This document shows, in pieces, positions 25,031-38,773 of a stretch of 64,000 bases of DNA. This DNA comes from Octopus bimaculoides (Eukaryota). The notes beneath the pieces were generated by a model. That model made no database searches. It was not told the origin of the DNA and was given only the letters and a program-made list of their open reading frames with translations. A program made the translations under genes and the position numbers. Position 1 is the first letter of the stretch. The number at the start of each line of letters is the position of its first letter. The stretch covers positions 136,123,676-136,187,675 of the forward strand of contig NC_068984.1 of the NCBI RefSeq assembly GCF_001194135.2. The letters are read 5' to 3'.

Positions 25031-25897
25031 CAAGCAGGTACTTTATTTCTGTTTCTGTTTCGTCGTAACTATAGTAACTGCAGTCGCTGAAAAATAGCAG
25101 TAATAACAGCGATATTAAAACAACCAGAATGGCAACTCTAATTATCGCTGCTAAAGGCGGTTACTATTAGCAATAATTAATTTATCAAGTTACCTGAAAA
25201 TAACATGATCACACAAGCTTTGCAAAATAGTACTGCTTTTCTAAACAGTGTTAGATCTTATACTTTTGTCAAAAACGTTTAATTAATCTGAAACCACGTT
25301 TTAGCATGTACAATTTTAATTCTGATGCTTTATAACGGATGACAATTTACATGTATCCCTAATATCCAATAAACGAGAAGCGTGAAAATAAAAAGAAAAT
25401 ATTTGAACATACGGCTGACTTGGGGGCTAAATTTCAAAGCAGGATAAAAAAAAAAAGCATTTATATGCTGAAGTCAAAGTATTGTTTGAGGAAGGGTTGG
25501 ACCATGTACGTTAACCAAATTCGAAGGAATCAAACTGTTATATCATCTCATGACAGACTGTGTACGTTGGGGCTTCAGGCTAGTTTTATTTCAGCTTACC
25601 CTGTTACAGTCATTTGCAGCATATACCGTCTCTCACTCTCTGCTCATTTTATGTTCTTGTAGATGTTGAGACACAGATATCTGAGAAAATGAACATTAGC
25701 ATAAACCTTACTGATCTTTCAAGGACTAAATTCTTCAAATTTCCCGCTGATTTTTTTTTTTTTAATGGAAGAAAATAAGCAAAAACAAACGATGATTTAT
25801 AGAAGAAATAGGCAGTGAAAATTAGTAAACACTCAGATACTGCTGTGACGAGAGTCATGGTACACTCTACGAGAACTACTATAAATAATAGCGGTCT

Positions 25898-25902
<5 letters not shown>

Positions 25903-25978
<76 letters not shown>
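25903..25978. repeat. (GA)n microsatellite
   Basis: Visible pure GA run. Confidence 0.97.
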
Positions 25979-25984
<6 letters not shown>

Positions 25985-26174
25985 TAGGCGTTAATCACAG
26001 GCAGTTGTAGGGTATCGTTTGGATAGTTTGTCGAAATATCGTTTGTTGGTTCGTGTATAGTTCGTGGAGAGTGTGTTAGATTGTTGCGTTGTTTTTACAC
26101 TACTTCGTTATAGGTTTTATTGTATCTACAAGGTTATAGTGTAACAAAAGAACCATCATATCAATTGGCGATAC

Positions 26175-26488
26175 AACGTGTGATAAATTACACGGAAAAC
26201 CTTACCAAAGAAAAATCACTTTAAACCGCTCTATTTTTCATTTCAAAACTTACACCAATATGGACTTTAACAATTTCTCTAGTGATATTTGGTAACTTTG
26301 GCCTACTAAAATTAGTAAATATTTAGACGAATGCAATTTAACCGATTAGTGCATAACGTGCGTTAAATCATACGGAAAACTTTACTAAAGAGAAATAATT
26401 TAAAAAATTTAACCGCTCTACCTTTCATTTCAAAACCTATACCAATATGGACTTTAACAATTTCTCTAGCGATAGGCAACTTTGGCCT
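26175..26488. repeat. Diverged tandem duplication: two copies of about 130 bp, period about 180 bp
   Basis: aacgtgtgataaattacacggaaaaccttaccaaag...tttcatttcaaaacttacaccaatatggactttaacaatttctctag...aactttggcct (26175-26303) recurs at 26355-26488. Confidence 0.9.
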
Positions 26489-26941
26489 TATAATTTTATT
26501 TTACATTTTGCTGCGAACTTTTCCTTCAGTGGTCATCTTGATTTGGTCGAGTGAGCTTTATAGACGGCAAGTTTATGCTCTGTACATTTTTAGTGATAGA
26601 GAATCCCAAACTTTAATTAATATTTTTAATTCAGCATCTTATGTCTTTTAACTTTAAATGATATTTGAACCAAAAATATTTTCAGTGTTTTAATTTATTA
26701 AATGTTTTTCCCTTGAGTATAATAAATCATACACTGTTAATTTCAGAATATTATAGAATTCATATTTCAAGTGCAATTTCATTTATGTTTTGTTTTGTTT
26801 TGTTGTTTTTTGTTTTACTTTATTTCTTGTTTTTCCTAGTAAATATGTTTAAGGATCTATTACTTAATTGCAAAAATAAATACATTTTTACATTTAGCTC
26901 TAAAATGTTTATAATTGCTTCGTTTCATTTTCATAACAACG

Positions 26942-27217
26942 ATGCCTAAGAGAAATATTAATATCGAGAAGGACGCAGAAGAAATATTGAACATTATCGG
27001 AGCAAGTGAGCATTTCGAATTCTTCGAAGTTGAAACTAACGATGCAGAAGAACTTGAATTAGTTTTGCACACCCCAAATGATGATCGAGATTCAGATAAA
27101 GATGATACAGGCAGTGATTGCAAAGAGGCCTCAGCAAATCTTAGTATCATTGGTCGTGGTGTGCTTTCACAAAGCGCAGAATTTCGAGTGCAAAATCAAA
27201 ATATAAAAAAATATTGA
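26942..27217 (+). pseudogene. 91-codon acidic ORF, possibly the N-terminus of a piggyBac-like transposase
   Basis: MPKRNINIEKDAEEILNIIGASEHFEFFEVETNDAEELELVLHTPNDDRDSDKDDTGSD...: a basic start followed by a D/E/S-rich segment, as in piggyBac N-termini. No catalytic domain and no clean TTAA-bounded TIR were seen. Confidence 0.3.
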
Positions 27218-30200
27218 TATAGATAGTGAATTAACTGAAGTTTCTGACAGTGTTCCGCGTGAAAAAGGTAGACGTGCAACACGAAAATTTCGCATCCATG
27301 GGTTTCTAAAGCATTAAAAAAAAATGGCCCGGTAGTGCGCCGGATGGTAACATGAAGCATCAACAGGGTGCCGACAAAAATTTTAATGTTCTTCTCATTT
27401 CCTTTGCCAAAGGGGACAAAAAGGTTTTCAGGAAATATAGGCTGCTTATAGGTAGTGTCAATATTTTATCGTCGGCGTCGGAAATGTTTTTTAGTCAACA
27501 GTAATTCGAGATGCTGTGTTTTGGGGAAATATCCAATGTGGAATATGCAGCGGTGAAAAATGAAGTATTGAACCATGTTACTTTTCTCCTTCTATCTTCC
27601 TTAAATAGCGAAAGGTAGAGTATCTTCCGTGCGTACTAAATACGATGTACCTATGTCGATAATATGAAGATATTTCTATTTGAGGATATTCTAGTGTCTG
27701 TTCAAGAAATTCATTCTTCGAAGGTTATAACCGTAGCTACTGCATGATATGGATTCTTATAAGAATGTTCGAAGAACGTCCATTCAACATATGCACTCCT
27801 TCGACAGAAACAGGAAAAATATACTTTCTTATCTTGTTTTATCAGCAGTAATCTTGGACCGAATAACTACACGTTTAGTATAATCTAGAAGATGCTGGAT
27901 ACGTTTCTCTGTTTGTTTAGACGAGAACAATACGTAGCATACGGTAAAAGGTTTAACAAGAAAACAAAATTGCCTGTTGGCGGATTCTAAGCTATTAGTT
28001 TACATAATTTTCACTGAAAATCTACTCAAATTAAAATAAAGAAGTATTCTTATCCATTGGATTAGAGCTGTTCTCCATTCGTCAATCGATACAGTATTAT
28101 CAATTGTCAAGCACTTGTCTAACTTCCTCTCACTTTCGCTTGTACACAAAATTGTGTGGGCGCGCACAGACACACGCACGCGCACGCACACCCACAGAAA
28201 GAGAATGGATAGGAGGGAGACAGAGATGTACACAAACATATTTATATGAAATATATATATATATATANNNNNNNNNNNNNNNNNNNNNNNNNNNNNNNNN
28301 NNNNNNNNNNNNNNNNNNNNNNNNNNNNNNNNNNNNNNNNNNNNNNNNNNNNNNNNNNNNNNNNNNNNNNNNNNNNNNNNNNNNNNNNNNNNNNNNNNNN
28401 NNNNNNNNNNNNNNNNNNNNNNNNNNNNNNNNNNNNNNNNNNNNNNNNNNNNNNNNNNNNNNNNNNNNNNNNNNNNNNNNNNNNNNNNNNNNNNNNNNNN
28501 NNNNNNNNNNNNNNNNNNNNNNNNNNNNNNNNNNNNNNNNNNNNNNNNNNNNNNNNNNNNNNNNNNNNNNNNNNNNNNNNNNNNNNNNNNATAGATGCAT
28601 ATATATATATATATTCTTAGTATATATATATATATGTTAAGAATATATATATATATATTAAGAATATATATATATATATATAATCGTAGGTAAGTAAGTA
28701 AAGATAGGGAGAGAGAGAGAGATAACTAGATACACACATACATAGTCAGACAGATAGATAGATAGGTTGGTAGATCTTTTCATAAAATGTATTTAAATTG
28801 TAATTACTAGCTACTTTGTAGCATGGTAAATATCTTTTGGGGGAATTCGTGCTTTGGTGCCCTTGTGGCAAACAAGGAAAACATTACACGAATGATTATT
28901 GGTGTGTTTTCTTTTGGTTTTTTATCAATACTCCATTGTCTATAATTAATTTGAACACCTCACAGTCACTTTATTTTATGGAGGCTATAATTAATATGAG
29001 GAAAAGATAATTTAACGGTTGTGAATCGGTGTAAAAATATGTATTGAAATGAATGTTTATGACTAATGGCTATATCTTTCATAAATATTTACTATATATA
29101 CATGTAAACATATACACACCTACATATATACCTCTCCACCACCCAATCGCACAGGCATATCTCTATCATTTCACTTTCCATTCTATATATGTGTATTTGT
29201 TTGCATGTGTATATATTTCTACATAGACACATATTTATGCATATATAATTATATACTTAGATATACTTATATACTTACACACACACACACACACACATAC
29301 ACATATATATATTTTCATACTTGTAAATATATACGTATATAAACATATTTTACACACTATATACATTACCTATATACACATAAATATATACACATATATA
29401 TAAACATATATGTACATATATACATATGTGTGAATGTATGTATTTACGTGTTTGTGTTTGTGCAGACTTAAAGATTGGACCATTCATATAATCTCAAACA
29501 ATTACACACCCTCAGGATTATTTATATGTTTGTTCTGCTATAAACGAGAGCATGCACAAATGATTCATTTAATGTATTGTCTCTATGTTATACGTAAATA
29601 AATACGATAAAAACAGTAATAAAAGGAAAGAAAATTCATCAAGCTAAACACATTATTTTATTCCTAATCGCTATATGTAGAGTAATATCTTAATTAATTG
29701 CGATATAATATATAATACAATTCACCTTCAGAAGTTATAATGATTTTTCTAAAACAATCTACTGAACCACACTGTTTTAAACACTGCCGAAAGATTAGAG
29801 GCAAATATTATAAATAATAAATGAAAATCAAAGCACAAAATGNNNNNNNNNNNNNNNNNNNNNNNNNNNNNNNNNNNNNNNNNNNNNNNNNNNNNNNNNN
29901 NNNNNNNNNNNNNNNNNNNNNNNNNNNNNNNNNNNNNNNNNNNNNNNNNNNNNNNNNNNNNNNNNNNNNNNNNNNNNNNNNNNNNNNNNNNNNNNNNNNN
30001 NNNNNNNNNNNNNNNNNNNNNNNNNNNNNNNNNNNNNNNNNNNNNNNNNNNNNNNNNNNNNNNNNNNNNNNNNNNNNNNNNNNNNNNNATATATATATAA
30101 ATCAACTTTACATCATGTTGATATGTATTTATTTCATTCTTTAATGGTTCTATATATTAATATAGTAATAATGTATAGCATTTTTATATATCTATCTATC

Positions 30201-30277
30201 CAAATAGACATTTATATATTTCTGTACAAGTATGTCGGTTTATATGTAGGTATGTGCATACGTATGCTTGTCTGTGT

Positions 30278-30329
<52 letters not shown>

Positions 30330-31455
30330 AGAGAGTTCGTGTGTTTATATATATGATGAGTTGGTAAATTTATTTATTGGGTAATGGTTTTGCAGTTTAA
30401 TATTTCCAAACTCAATAATATGTTACATAGATCAATAATTATGTAAGCTGCAATTTGAGATGTTTTTAGCATTCAATGTCTGACTGATAACATTTTCCAC
30501 TACTTCTCCTGGTATTGTCACACAGAATAGTATGTTACTTTACACGTTCATATTTCTCATTCATTAAGTAGTAACGTCTTTTTTCAGACGTTAAGTAGTA
30601 ACGTCTTTTTTCATTTTACATCCATACGTAAAATGATTTTAGAGACAGACCTGTATAAGCTGGGTTTGCGTAAAAGTTTTTTTTCTAGATGTAATCCATT
30701 TTACAAAAGGTCTCTACTTGAAATGGTAAATATATTTATTTCCTACTGACATACGTTATTGAGTTTATAATGTGTTTTCTGTTATTGGTTAAAACTAATT
30801 TAGTCAAGTAATTTTACTAATTTTCCGCAAGGTTATTTGAGGACAAACCTTTTTTTGAAAATTGCCGCATATAAAAATTATCAAAATATAAAAATGGCGC
30901 AAAATGAGCAGCTGTCAAAGTTTACCATATACNNNNNNNNNNNNNNNNNNNNNNNNNNNNNNNNNNNNNNNNNNNNNNNNNNNNNNNNNNNNNNNNNNNN
31001 NNNNNNNNNNNNNNNNNNNNNNNNNNNNNNNNNNNNNNNNNNNNNNNNNNNNNNNNNNNNNNNNNNNNNNNNNNNNNNNNNNNNNNNNNNNNNNNNNNNN
31101 NNNNNNNNNNNNNNNNNNNNNNNNNNNNNNNNNNNNNNNNNNNNNNNNNNNNNNNNNNNNNNNNNNNNNNNNNNNNNNNNNNNNNNNNNNNNNNNNNNNN
31201 NNNNNNNNNNNNNNNNNNNNNNNNNNNNNNNNNNNNNNNNNNNNNNNNNNNNNNNNNNNNNNNNNNNNNNNNNNNNNNNNNNNNNNNNNNNNNNNNNNNN
31301 NNNNNNNNNNNNNNNNNNNNNNNNNNNNNNNNNNNNNNNNNNNNNNNNNNNNNNNNNNNNNNNNNNNNNNNNNNNNNNNNNNNNNNNNNNNNNNNNNNNN
31401 NNNNNNNNNNNNNNNNNNNNNNNNNNNNNNNNNNNNNNNNNNNNNNTATATACAC

Positions 31456-31486
<31 letters not shown>

Positions 31487-32129
31487 TACTCACATATACC
31501 ACGGTGTGCGTGCGTCCGTGAATGTATTTATGTGTGACGATTGCCTGTTATTCACACCAACTGACGGTGTGCACCTTCTACGACGACTACATAATTCTGT
31601 GTTCTCCATCAGAAGCTATGCACTATAATGACAATTGGCCTTGTTTAAAGAGACCATTCTTCAACCCAACCACAGGCTTCCAATGAATAGCTGTCGTATT
31701 CTCTTTCAAGTGGCGAAGATTTATTTGTTCCTTGATTCGGAACTTGGACGCTTGAATGGCTCTCAATTACAAGTTATGAGTTCAACATTTAAAAGTTTAC
31801 TGCTATCTACAGGTTTTATATCCTTTGCATTTTGCTTCAATCACGGGTGTGTATAATGCGAAACTCTCAAAATGCAAGACCATAATCGTCACATATCAAT
31901 TAACTTCGCGGCATTTACAGTCAGATCAAATTTCATGTAGACATTTTTAACTTCAGTTTTTAAGATGAATCGTATTCTAGAATATAAAGTAGGGAGTCTG
32001 TCTGTATTACATTCATTTTCCGAGGTATAATACGGCCTACTCACCTCATTCTGACAGGTCTCAAGGGAACGTATATGATTAAAATGTTTGTTGACACCTA
32101 AACCCCAATACCATTCACATAGCTCATCC

Positions 32130-32164
<35 letters not shown>

Positions 32165-32330
32165 TGTATGTATGTATGTTATCAATCAGTTTCATTTCTG
32201 TATTTCTTGTCAATAGAGAAAGAGCCGGACTCTAACATAGATTCAAGGCTCCTTCATTGGAACTTTTATCAACATCATCTAGGTATTTGTGGATATGTGT
32301 GTGTGTGTGTGCAGTATTTGGTGTTAGTGT

Positions 32331-32573
32331 ATGCGCAGATTTGTATGTTTGTTTTGTGGATGCATTTTTATGTATATATTTTCATGTCTAGGCGTATGCA
32401 TATGTATTTATGCGTAGATTTGTATGTTTGTTTTGTGGATGCGTTTTTATGTATATATTTTCATGTTTAGGCGTATCCATATGTATTTATGCGCAGATTT
32501 GTATGTTTGTTTTATGGATGCGTTTTTATGTATATATTTTCATGTCTAGATGCATGCATATGTATTTATGCGC
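32331..32573. repeat. Minisatellite, 3 x 79 bp
   Basis: Units start at 32331, 32410 and 32489, with a partial unit at 32568: atgcgcagatttgtatgtttgttttgtggatgc(a/g)tttttatgtatatattttcatgtctaggcgtatgcatatgtattt. Confidence 0.95.
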
Positions 32574-32705
32574 TAAATGTTTGGAAAGTTTATGTATGTA
32601 TGTATGTATGTATGTATGTATGTATGTGATCTTCTGTTTTTGATTATTCCAAAGCATTTTATTTGCTGATTATGAAGGAGTGGCGTTAGAGCTACAATAA
32701 ATGAA

Positions 32706-33102
32706 GGCCTGTGTAGTTAAGAAGATCGCTTTATAACCATATGGTTTTACGTTCAGTCCATTGTGTGACACCTAGCGTAGACACGGGCTGCCCAATGGCT
32801 TCTGAGTGGCTTTAATAGACAGGATCTACTTGAGAACATATTACGTGCGTGTGTGTGTGTTTGTGTGTGTGTGTCTGTCCGACTGCTTTGGTGTGCGTAT
32901 GTTTGTATTTGTTTCCACCACTGCTTCTAAACCGGCATTGGTTTGTTTACATCCCAGTAACTTACCGATTTTGTAGAAGAGACCGAAAGAGTTAGTACGA
33001 GATTTTGAAGAAAAATGCTGGCGGCAATTCGTTTGATTAAACATTCCAGCGCAATGCTCCAGCATGGTCGCAGTCCATTGAGGTAAAGAAGTAAAAGATA
33101 AA
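32706..33102 (+). mobile_element. SINE family 2, diverged full-length copy
   Basis: The head gtgtagttaagaagatcgcttt...ttcagtcc is followed by a central (GT)n region and the tail accggcattggtttgtttacatcccagtaactta...gctccagcatggtcgcagtc...gtaaaagataaaag, collinear with 42154-42588. Confidence 0.75.
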
Positions 33103-34108
33103 AGGCAGAAAATATTAAGTACTTAAGTAAATTGGATAAACTGAAGAGTAATACAGCTGAAATCGACCCGAAATTCGAAACAACAATTTCTCAGTTCCCT
33201 GTAATTAGTATATGTACCTTTATTTCATGTATCGTGGGTGTATTTTACCCATTTCGTCCGGGTTTTATTAGCGTACTGCCAATTTTCTTTCATGTTTATA
33301 TGTAATCAATTGCAATTCAGAGGAGAATTCGTTATCCAGATCAGATTTACATAATAGCATGCGTATTATGTTAGCAGATCTTCCAGATATTACTTTGATC
33401 TGAAACTGTTGCTGAGCTTGTAACTAGAAAGAACTGTAAAATATGTATTATGAAGGTATTCGTACTTTTCTACTTTTTCCCCCCATCATATGCAACTAAA
33501 AGATACCTTTATTTCTCTTCGTTCATTGATCTAAATATAATTGCTCCTTTGATATCCATGCATAGGATCAATAATGGTAGAAACAATCTCAAATACTTTA
33601 TGGAATGGAATTGTATAAACACGCTTCAGAGACCTGAGGTTACATATTAGGATCCAATGTAACTATTGAAATCTCGAAACACTGAAATCCCGAGAATTCA
33701 CTCTTTTCAATATGTTTATGCCGTTTCTAATATCCACATTGTGATAAATTTCCAACTCATAAATCATTTTAAAGTATTTTGGTTGGGACCGCAGTAAGGC
33801 CGCGTCACGGGTTTTTAAATGCTTTGCTTTCCTTTTGAGTTTTACGATTATTTACATTGCCTGTTCTCATGTTACATGTTCCCGTAAATTGTCGTTTCTC
33901 GTATAGTCTCTTCTCAAGGGATTATTGCTGATATTTTCTATTGCTGTAGGTTTGATGCTTGTTTGCATCTGTTTACACTGTAACAATGTATAAACGAATT
34001 AGCCGAGCCGAAACAAATGCTTTAACATGTCCGGGTGACAATGGTTGATCGGAGACATGACAAAGCATCTACCATACATTGTCATGAATACATAGGAGAG
34101 ATGCTATA

Positions 34109-34161
<53 letters not shown>

Positions 34162-35823
34162 ATGAGGCTATGTATAATTTGTCGTTGTCAATAACGTGAT
34201 GGATGCAGCATTATGTTATTTTCCTGGCTATATGAACTGTAGATATTTAATAGCATGGATGAGCTTGGCCGCATCGAAACTGAATGGCTGATAGACGTTG
34301 AGAACATATGAAGTTATTGAACACATACACGCGCACACGGTCAGACACTCGCCAGTGCACAATCACCCATGCACAACCATACACTCGAACTCACACACAT
34401 ACGCCCACACATAGAAACAGTCATACATATGAATAGGTAAACCGCTATATTAAGGAACGCAAACATTTATATGTATTTAATTTCTTATATTTACGTATCT
34501 GCCGTTACGGCTCTAGTGCTATTAACTTCTTGATTGAGTCGTGGGAGCAATGTCGTACCGATGCAGGCTTACACCTGGCTGAGACCATATCCCTTAGGTA
34601 TTTCCACGATCGATTACTTCCATAAAGAAAAAATAGATACAAAAGGGAAAAAAAGATGGGGAGAAGAAAACTGGACACAAGTAGAGGACTTGTACATTGT
34701 TTATCGAATCGGAGACCATTATAGAAAAATTGACCTCGATGTCATTTGAGCTCGTAGCGAAGAAATGAATTGCTTCCCGAAATGATTTCCACAAATCAAT
34801 CTATCCATCGTCCTACCGACACTGCCAGTTTGTCATGCATGAGTGCAGGTGTGTGTGTATGCATATGTGTATTATGTATGTATGTATGTATATATGTATG
34901 TATGTATTATGCATGTATGTATNNNNNNNNNNNNNNNNNNNNNNNNNNNNNNNNNNNNNNNNNNNNNNNNNNNNNNNNNNNNNNNNNNNNNNNNNNNNNN
35001 NNNNNNNNNNNNNNNNNNNNNNACAAATATACATACATACAGTCATACATGCGAACACATAGAATCATACGTCGATTTAGAGACACTCGAAGGTTGTAGT
35101 CGCATTCTTGACGTGAGAGATAGTTCAGTGAGTATAAGCTATATAGCTTCTCCAGCATCAACGCTGAAGTTGCCAGTCTTATTAAATCACTGGTTATTCT
35201 TCTGATCATACGGTGTTAAATAATGATTTAGTCAAAATCGTAGTGACATATCTTTCAAGCATGAATTACCCGTGCACGATTCTATTACGAAGACACATGG
35301 ATGAAATGATAAAACGAACGCTACCGAAGAAGTCCCGGAAAATAAACATCGAATAAGGTAAACAAACTATTTCTTCTTTTACGTATCGAAGAAATCAATT
35401 TCGTGGATATGTGAACACAATAATGATCTGTGTGATTGTTATAAAATGGCAAAATAAAATTGCCTCAGTTGGAAGTATGAAAAGAATGAGATCATAATGG
35501 GACGAGCTTAATCGTTTCACAACCAAGCAATTACGTCAACGGGTGAGATTTGTTGAAGGAAAAAATTTCGATTATGCTAATCTGTGTCCGAAAAATTACG
35601 AGTGTGATTTTTTTTTTTTTCTCGAAAATACACACACGGTACACGTGAGCTTTGTTCTAGATCAGCCATGACTTTGACAATCACCAACGTCCCCCTTTCA
35701 GTAACGCTGCGTAACAAATCATGCTGACTGCTACTGCTTCCATGTCAGAAAGTTTCCTAGGTGATTGCCAGCATATTGCCAGCGAATCTAGCAACCATCG
35801 AGCAACAATATTCTCCTATTTTG

Positions 35824-35827
<4 letters not shown>

Positions 35828-35895
<68 letters not shown>
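35828..35895. repeat. (AG)n microsatellite
   Basis: Visible pure AG run. Confidence 0.97.
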
Positions 35896-35898
<3 letters not shown>

Positions 35899-36521
35899 AT
35901 TATAAACATTTGAAGGACTTTCTCAATGAAATCCGGATTGAGAAAATATCACAACTAATAAAGAAAAAAGAAAACAAGAACGAAATAAACTGATTCTCAC
36001 TAAATCAAAGGAGATTATTAACAGCAATGTTAAAGCTCATTTTGGCAAATTAACGCTTGTTTATATGCTGTTTCAACAACTTCTAGAAGGTACTACCTCG
36101 GAGATACTGAATGATCAAAGAAAGCTAAATCAATAAAAACATGCTGTCGAGGGTTGGGATAATAGAATAAATGGATCTTTGTTCTATGGAGAACTATCTC
36201 TCATGTGACGTTGCTTATTACATGCATGTAGGCAGATATATATATTTCCCAACATGAAAGAGTGAAAAGTAAAATAGAAACAATATTTGGAGAGTGTACA
36301 CAGAGTATTTGAGGGGAGATTGATCAACATCAAACGGGCACAAAAATATGTCGACGGCAAAAGAAACAAAACCACCATCAGAAAAGAATAGCTGAAATTA
36401 AATGTAAAAATAATATAACCAAAACAAATTGGCAATTGTAAGGGAACAGTGAATAAATATATCACTGAGATCAGTTCGTGAACTAAAGTCTCGATGGAAG
36501 CAAAGGAATTACGTTAGATTG

Positions 36522-37448
36522 CAGGGTGTCTACAAGAAATCTGAGACAAATATTGTCTTTGTATTTAGCCAAAATTATGCACTACCAATATCGAGAATCG
36601 TTCCTTTTTCAAGATCAGCTTGATATGTTGGTGAACTTTCCACGACAATGGAGAGCTTAAAATTACAGTTGTAGTTGAAGACAGCCCACGGCATTGGAGA
36701 GCTTAAAATTACAGTTGCAGTCGAAAAACTTTAGCTGATATGGGAGACTTGAAGCCATCTGAATATTCGAAAAGCGTTACCCTTACCATTATGATACGCG
36801 CCAGGTATCAAAATGCCGATATCTTACATGCTGCTCAATGTTCTGTGAACACTGTAATATGTAACAAGGACGTCTGCAACGGAGACCACGAAACCGTGGC
36901 CAACAAGAAGGCACGCAACTGGCGTTTTTACTGCGAATAGAGCCCCAGGGTGAATTTTCGCGTGTACGTAGAGCAAATGGCGACTTGCCAAACCAGATCT
37001 GAAGAGGAAGGCTGCTGGGAGGCTATATATTGCAGCAGGATTCGCCTCATCGCTACACTTCCGGCAAGAGTCAGAAGTGGTGGTTGTAGAAGAATTTCTA
37101 CGACTTCATCAGCTCCAATTGCTGAACTACTAATTCCCACAGATAACTATGAGACTGATAAAAATAGCAGCCCCTCTGCCTACAATTCCAAGGCCGAGCT
37201 GGTGGCCAAAATCAAATATGAGTTCGAAATTAACAGTGGCACAGTTAGGAATACGTGCACATGTTCCGGAGCCATGTTGTGGCAGCGTTACAAGTTGAGG
37301 GCGGCTACGTTGAGAACACTGTCATCTTCCAACTATAACCTAGTTTGTGGTATTTGATTATTTTCAATACATTTATTTTATTTTGAATGAGATATTGTGT
37401 TTTCATTTGCTTTTATGCAAACAGACAAATTCAGCAGGGATACCCAGT
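36522..37448 (+). mobile_element. Internally deleted Tc1/mariner-superfamily element (maT/DD37D- or Tc1-like ends)
   Basis: It starts with the TIR-like cagggtgtctacaagaaatctgagac. The N-terminal remnant is MGDLKPSEYSK...IRARYQNADILHAAQCSVNTV. The C-terminal remnant is PTDNY...NSKAELVAKIKYEF and, after a frameshift, RSHVVAALQVEGGYVE (compare RSRIEAVVxAEGGYIE). The DDD core is absent, so the family cannot be fixed. A weak right end gatacccagta lies at 37440-37449. Confidence 0.6.
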
Positions 37449-37631
37449 AAGCACACATACACATACAATATGTGTGAGTGTGTATGTGTGTTAGTGTGTG
37501 TGTGTATTTGTATGCATATATGTATGTAAATATATATGTACGTATATAATTATATACCTATGAAAATATACATACGCATATATATATATTTATACTTATA
37601 TAGGTTTATATGTATCTAAACATTTATACAT

Positions 37632-37719
<88 letters not shown>

Positions 37720-38519
37720 TTGTGTGTGTGAGAGAGATAGAGTATGTACGATGTATGTATGTTTATGTGTATGTATGTATGTATGTATGTATCACTGCAG
37801 GCAACCAAACATTAAAATATCAATCTGACCACCAACACCTGCATACCCCGCGCACTTTTCCCATAAGCTAAATTACTCGTAAAAATTAAAAAAAACTCTA
37901 CTAATGTACACATACTTTGTTTCCCGCTCCCGAGCCCTACCCATGCAAATGTCCAATAATATTTTGTACAAATAACAAATATTATGCGCCAGTGAATCAC
38001 ATTTTCACACACAAACTAATATGACTGCTCCCCTCCTACAACTCCACACCTATACACGCTTAAAGAAAGCCATCTAATGGGAAAATTAAATTCATGTACA
38101 TCTATCGTCATATAATACTAATCATCAAAATAGACATATTTACTTATCGAATGGACTAGCACGCATAGAAGAGAGCACGCGCGTACGAAAGCCAGCAAGC
38201 TCGCAGTCACACAATTTCCTCAATCTGACCAAAGTGAAATCAAAAGCCATAAATTACGAATGAATTTTCGAAGTAGTGCACGCACATGACAGACATATGC
38301 GTAAGTTTCACATTTGTGAGTGAAATATTAGAACAGACATGTCAAATAATCCTGCTCGGAATGAAACTACTAGTCACTGTAAGTATTTATATTACAGATA
38401 CTTGGAATAAAATTCATCTACAAATGTTTAGAGTTCTTTCCCTTGGTCGCTGGACGTTATAATTTATACAAAGCTTACACTTCTGTGAATGTAATATATA
38501 TGCGTATGTGTGTTTGTTC

Positions 38520-38520
<1 letters not shown>

Positions 38521-38572
<52 letters not shown>

Positions 38573-38773
38573 TAGATAGATAAATAGATAGATAGATAGA
38601 TAGATAGATATATAGATAGATACATAGATAGATAGATACATAGATAGACTAACAGGAAGAAGACAGACAGACGGACAGACAAGCATAGAGACAAACACAC
38701 AAGGAGACAGACACATGCGTACATAATACTTACATACATACATACATACATACATATATACATACATACATAC
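38521..38773. repeat. Compound (AT)/(AGAT)/(ACAG)/(ACAT) microsatellite
   Basis: Visible succession of di- and tetranucleotide units. Confidence 0.95.

Noticed and set aside
32044-32096. Minus-strand VSTNILIIYVPLRPVRMR before a strong donor (GAG|gtgagt), reminiscent of GPCR TM1/ICL1
   Set aside because: The acceptor lacks a pyrimidine tract, the conserved GN is missing, there are in-frame stops on both sides, and no further GPCR exons were found.
32331-32573. CRISPR-like array
   Set aside because: The units are contiguous near-identical 79-mers with no unique spacers, no cas genes are present, and the context is eukaryotic.
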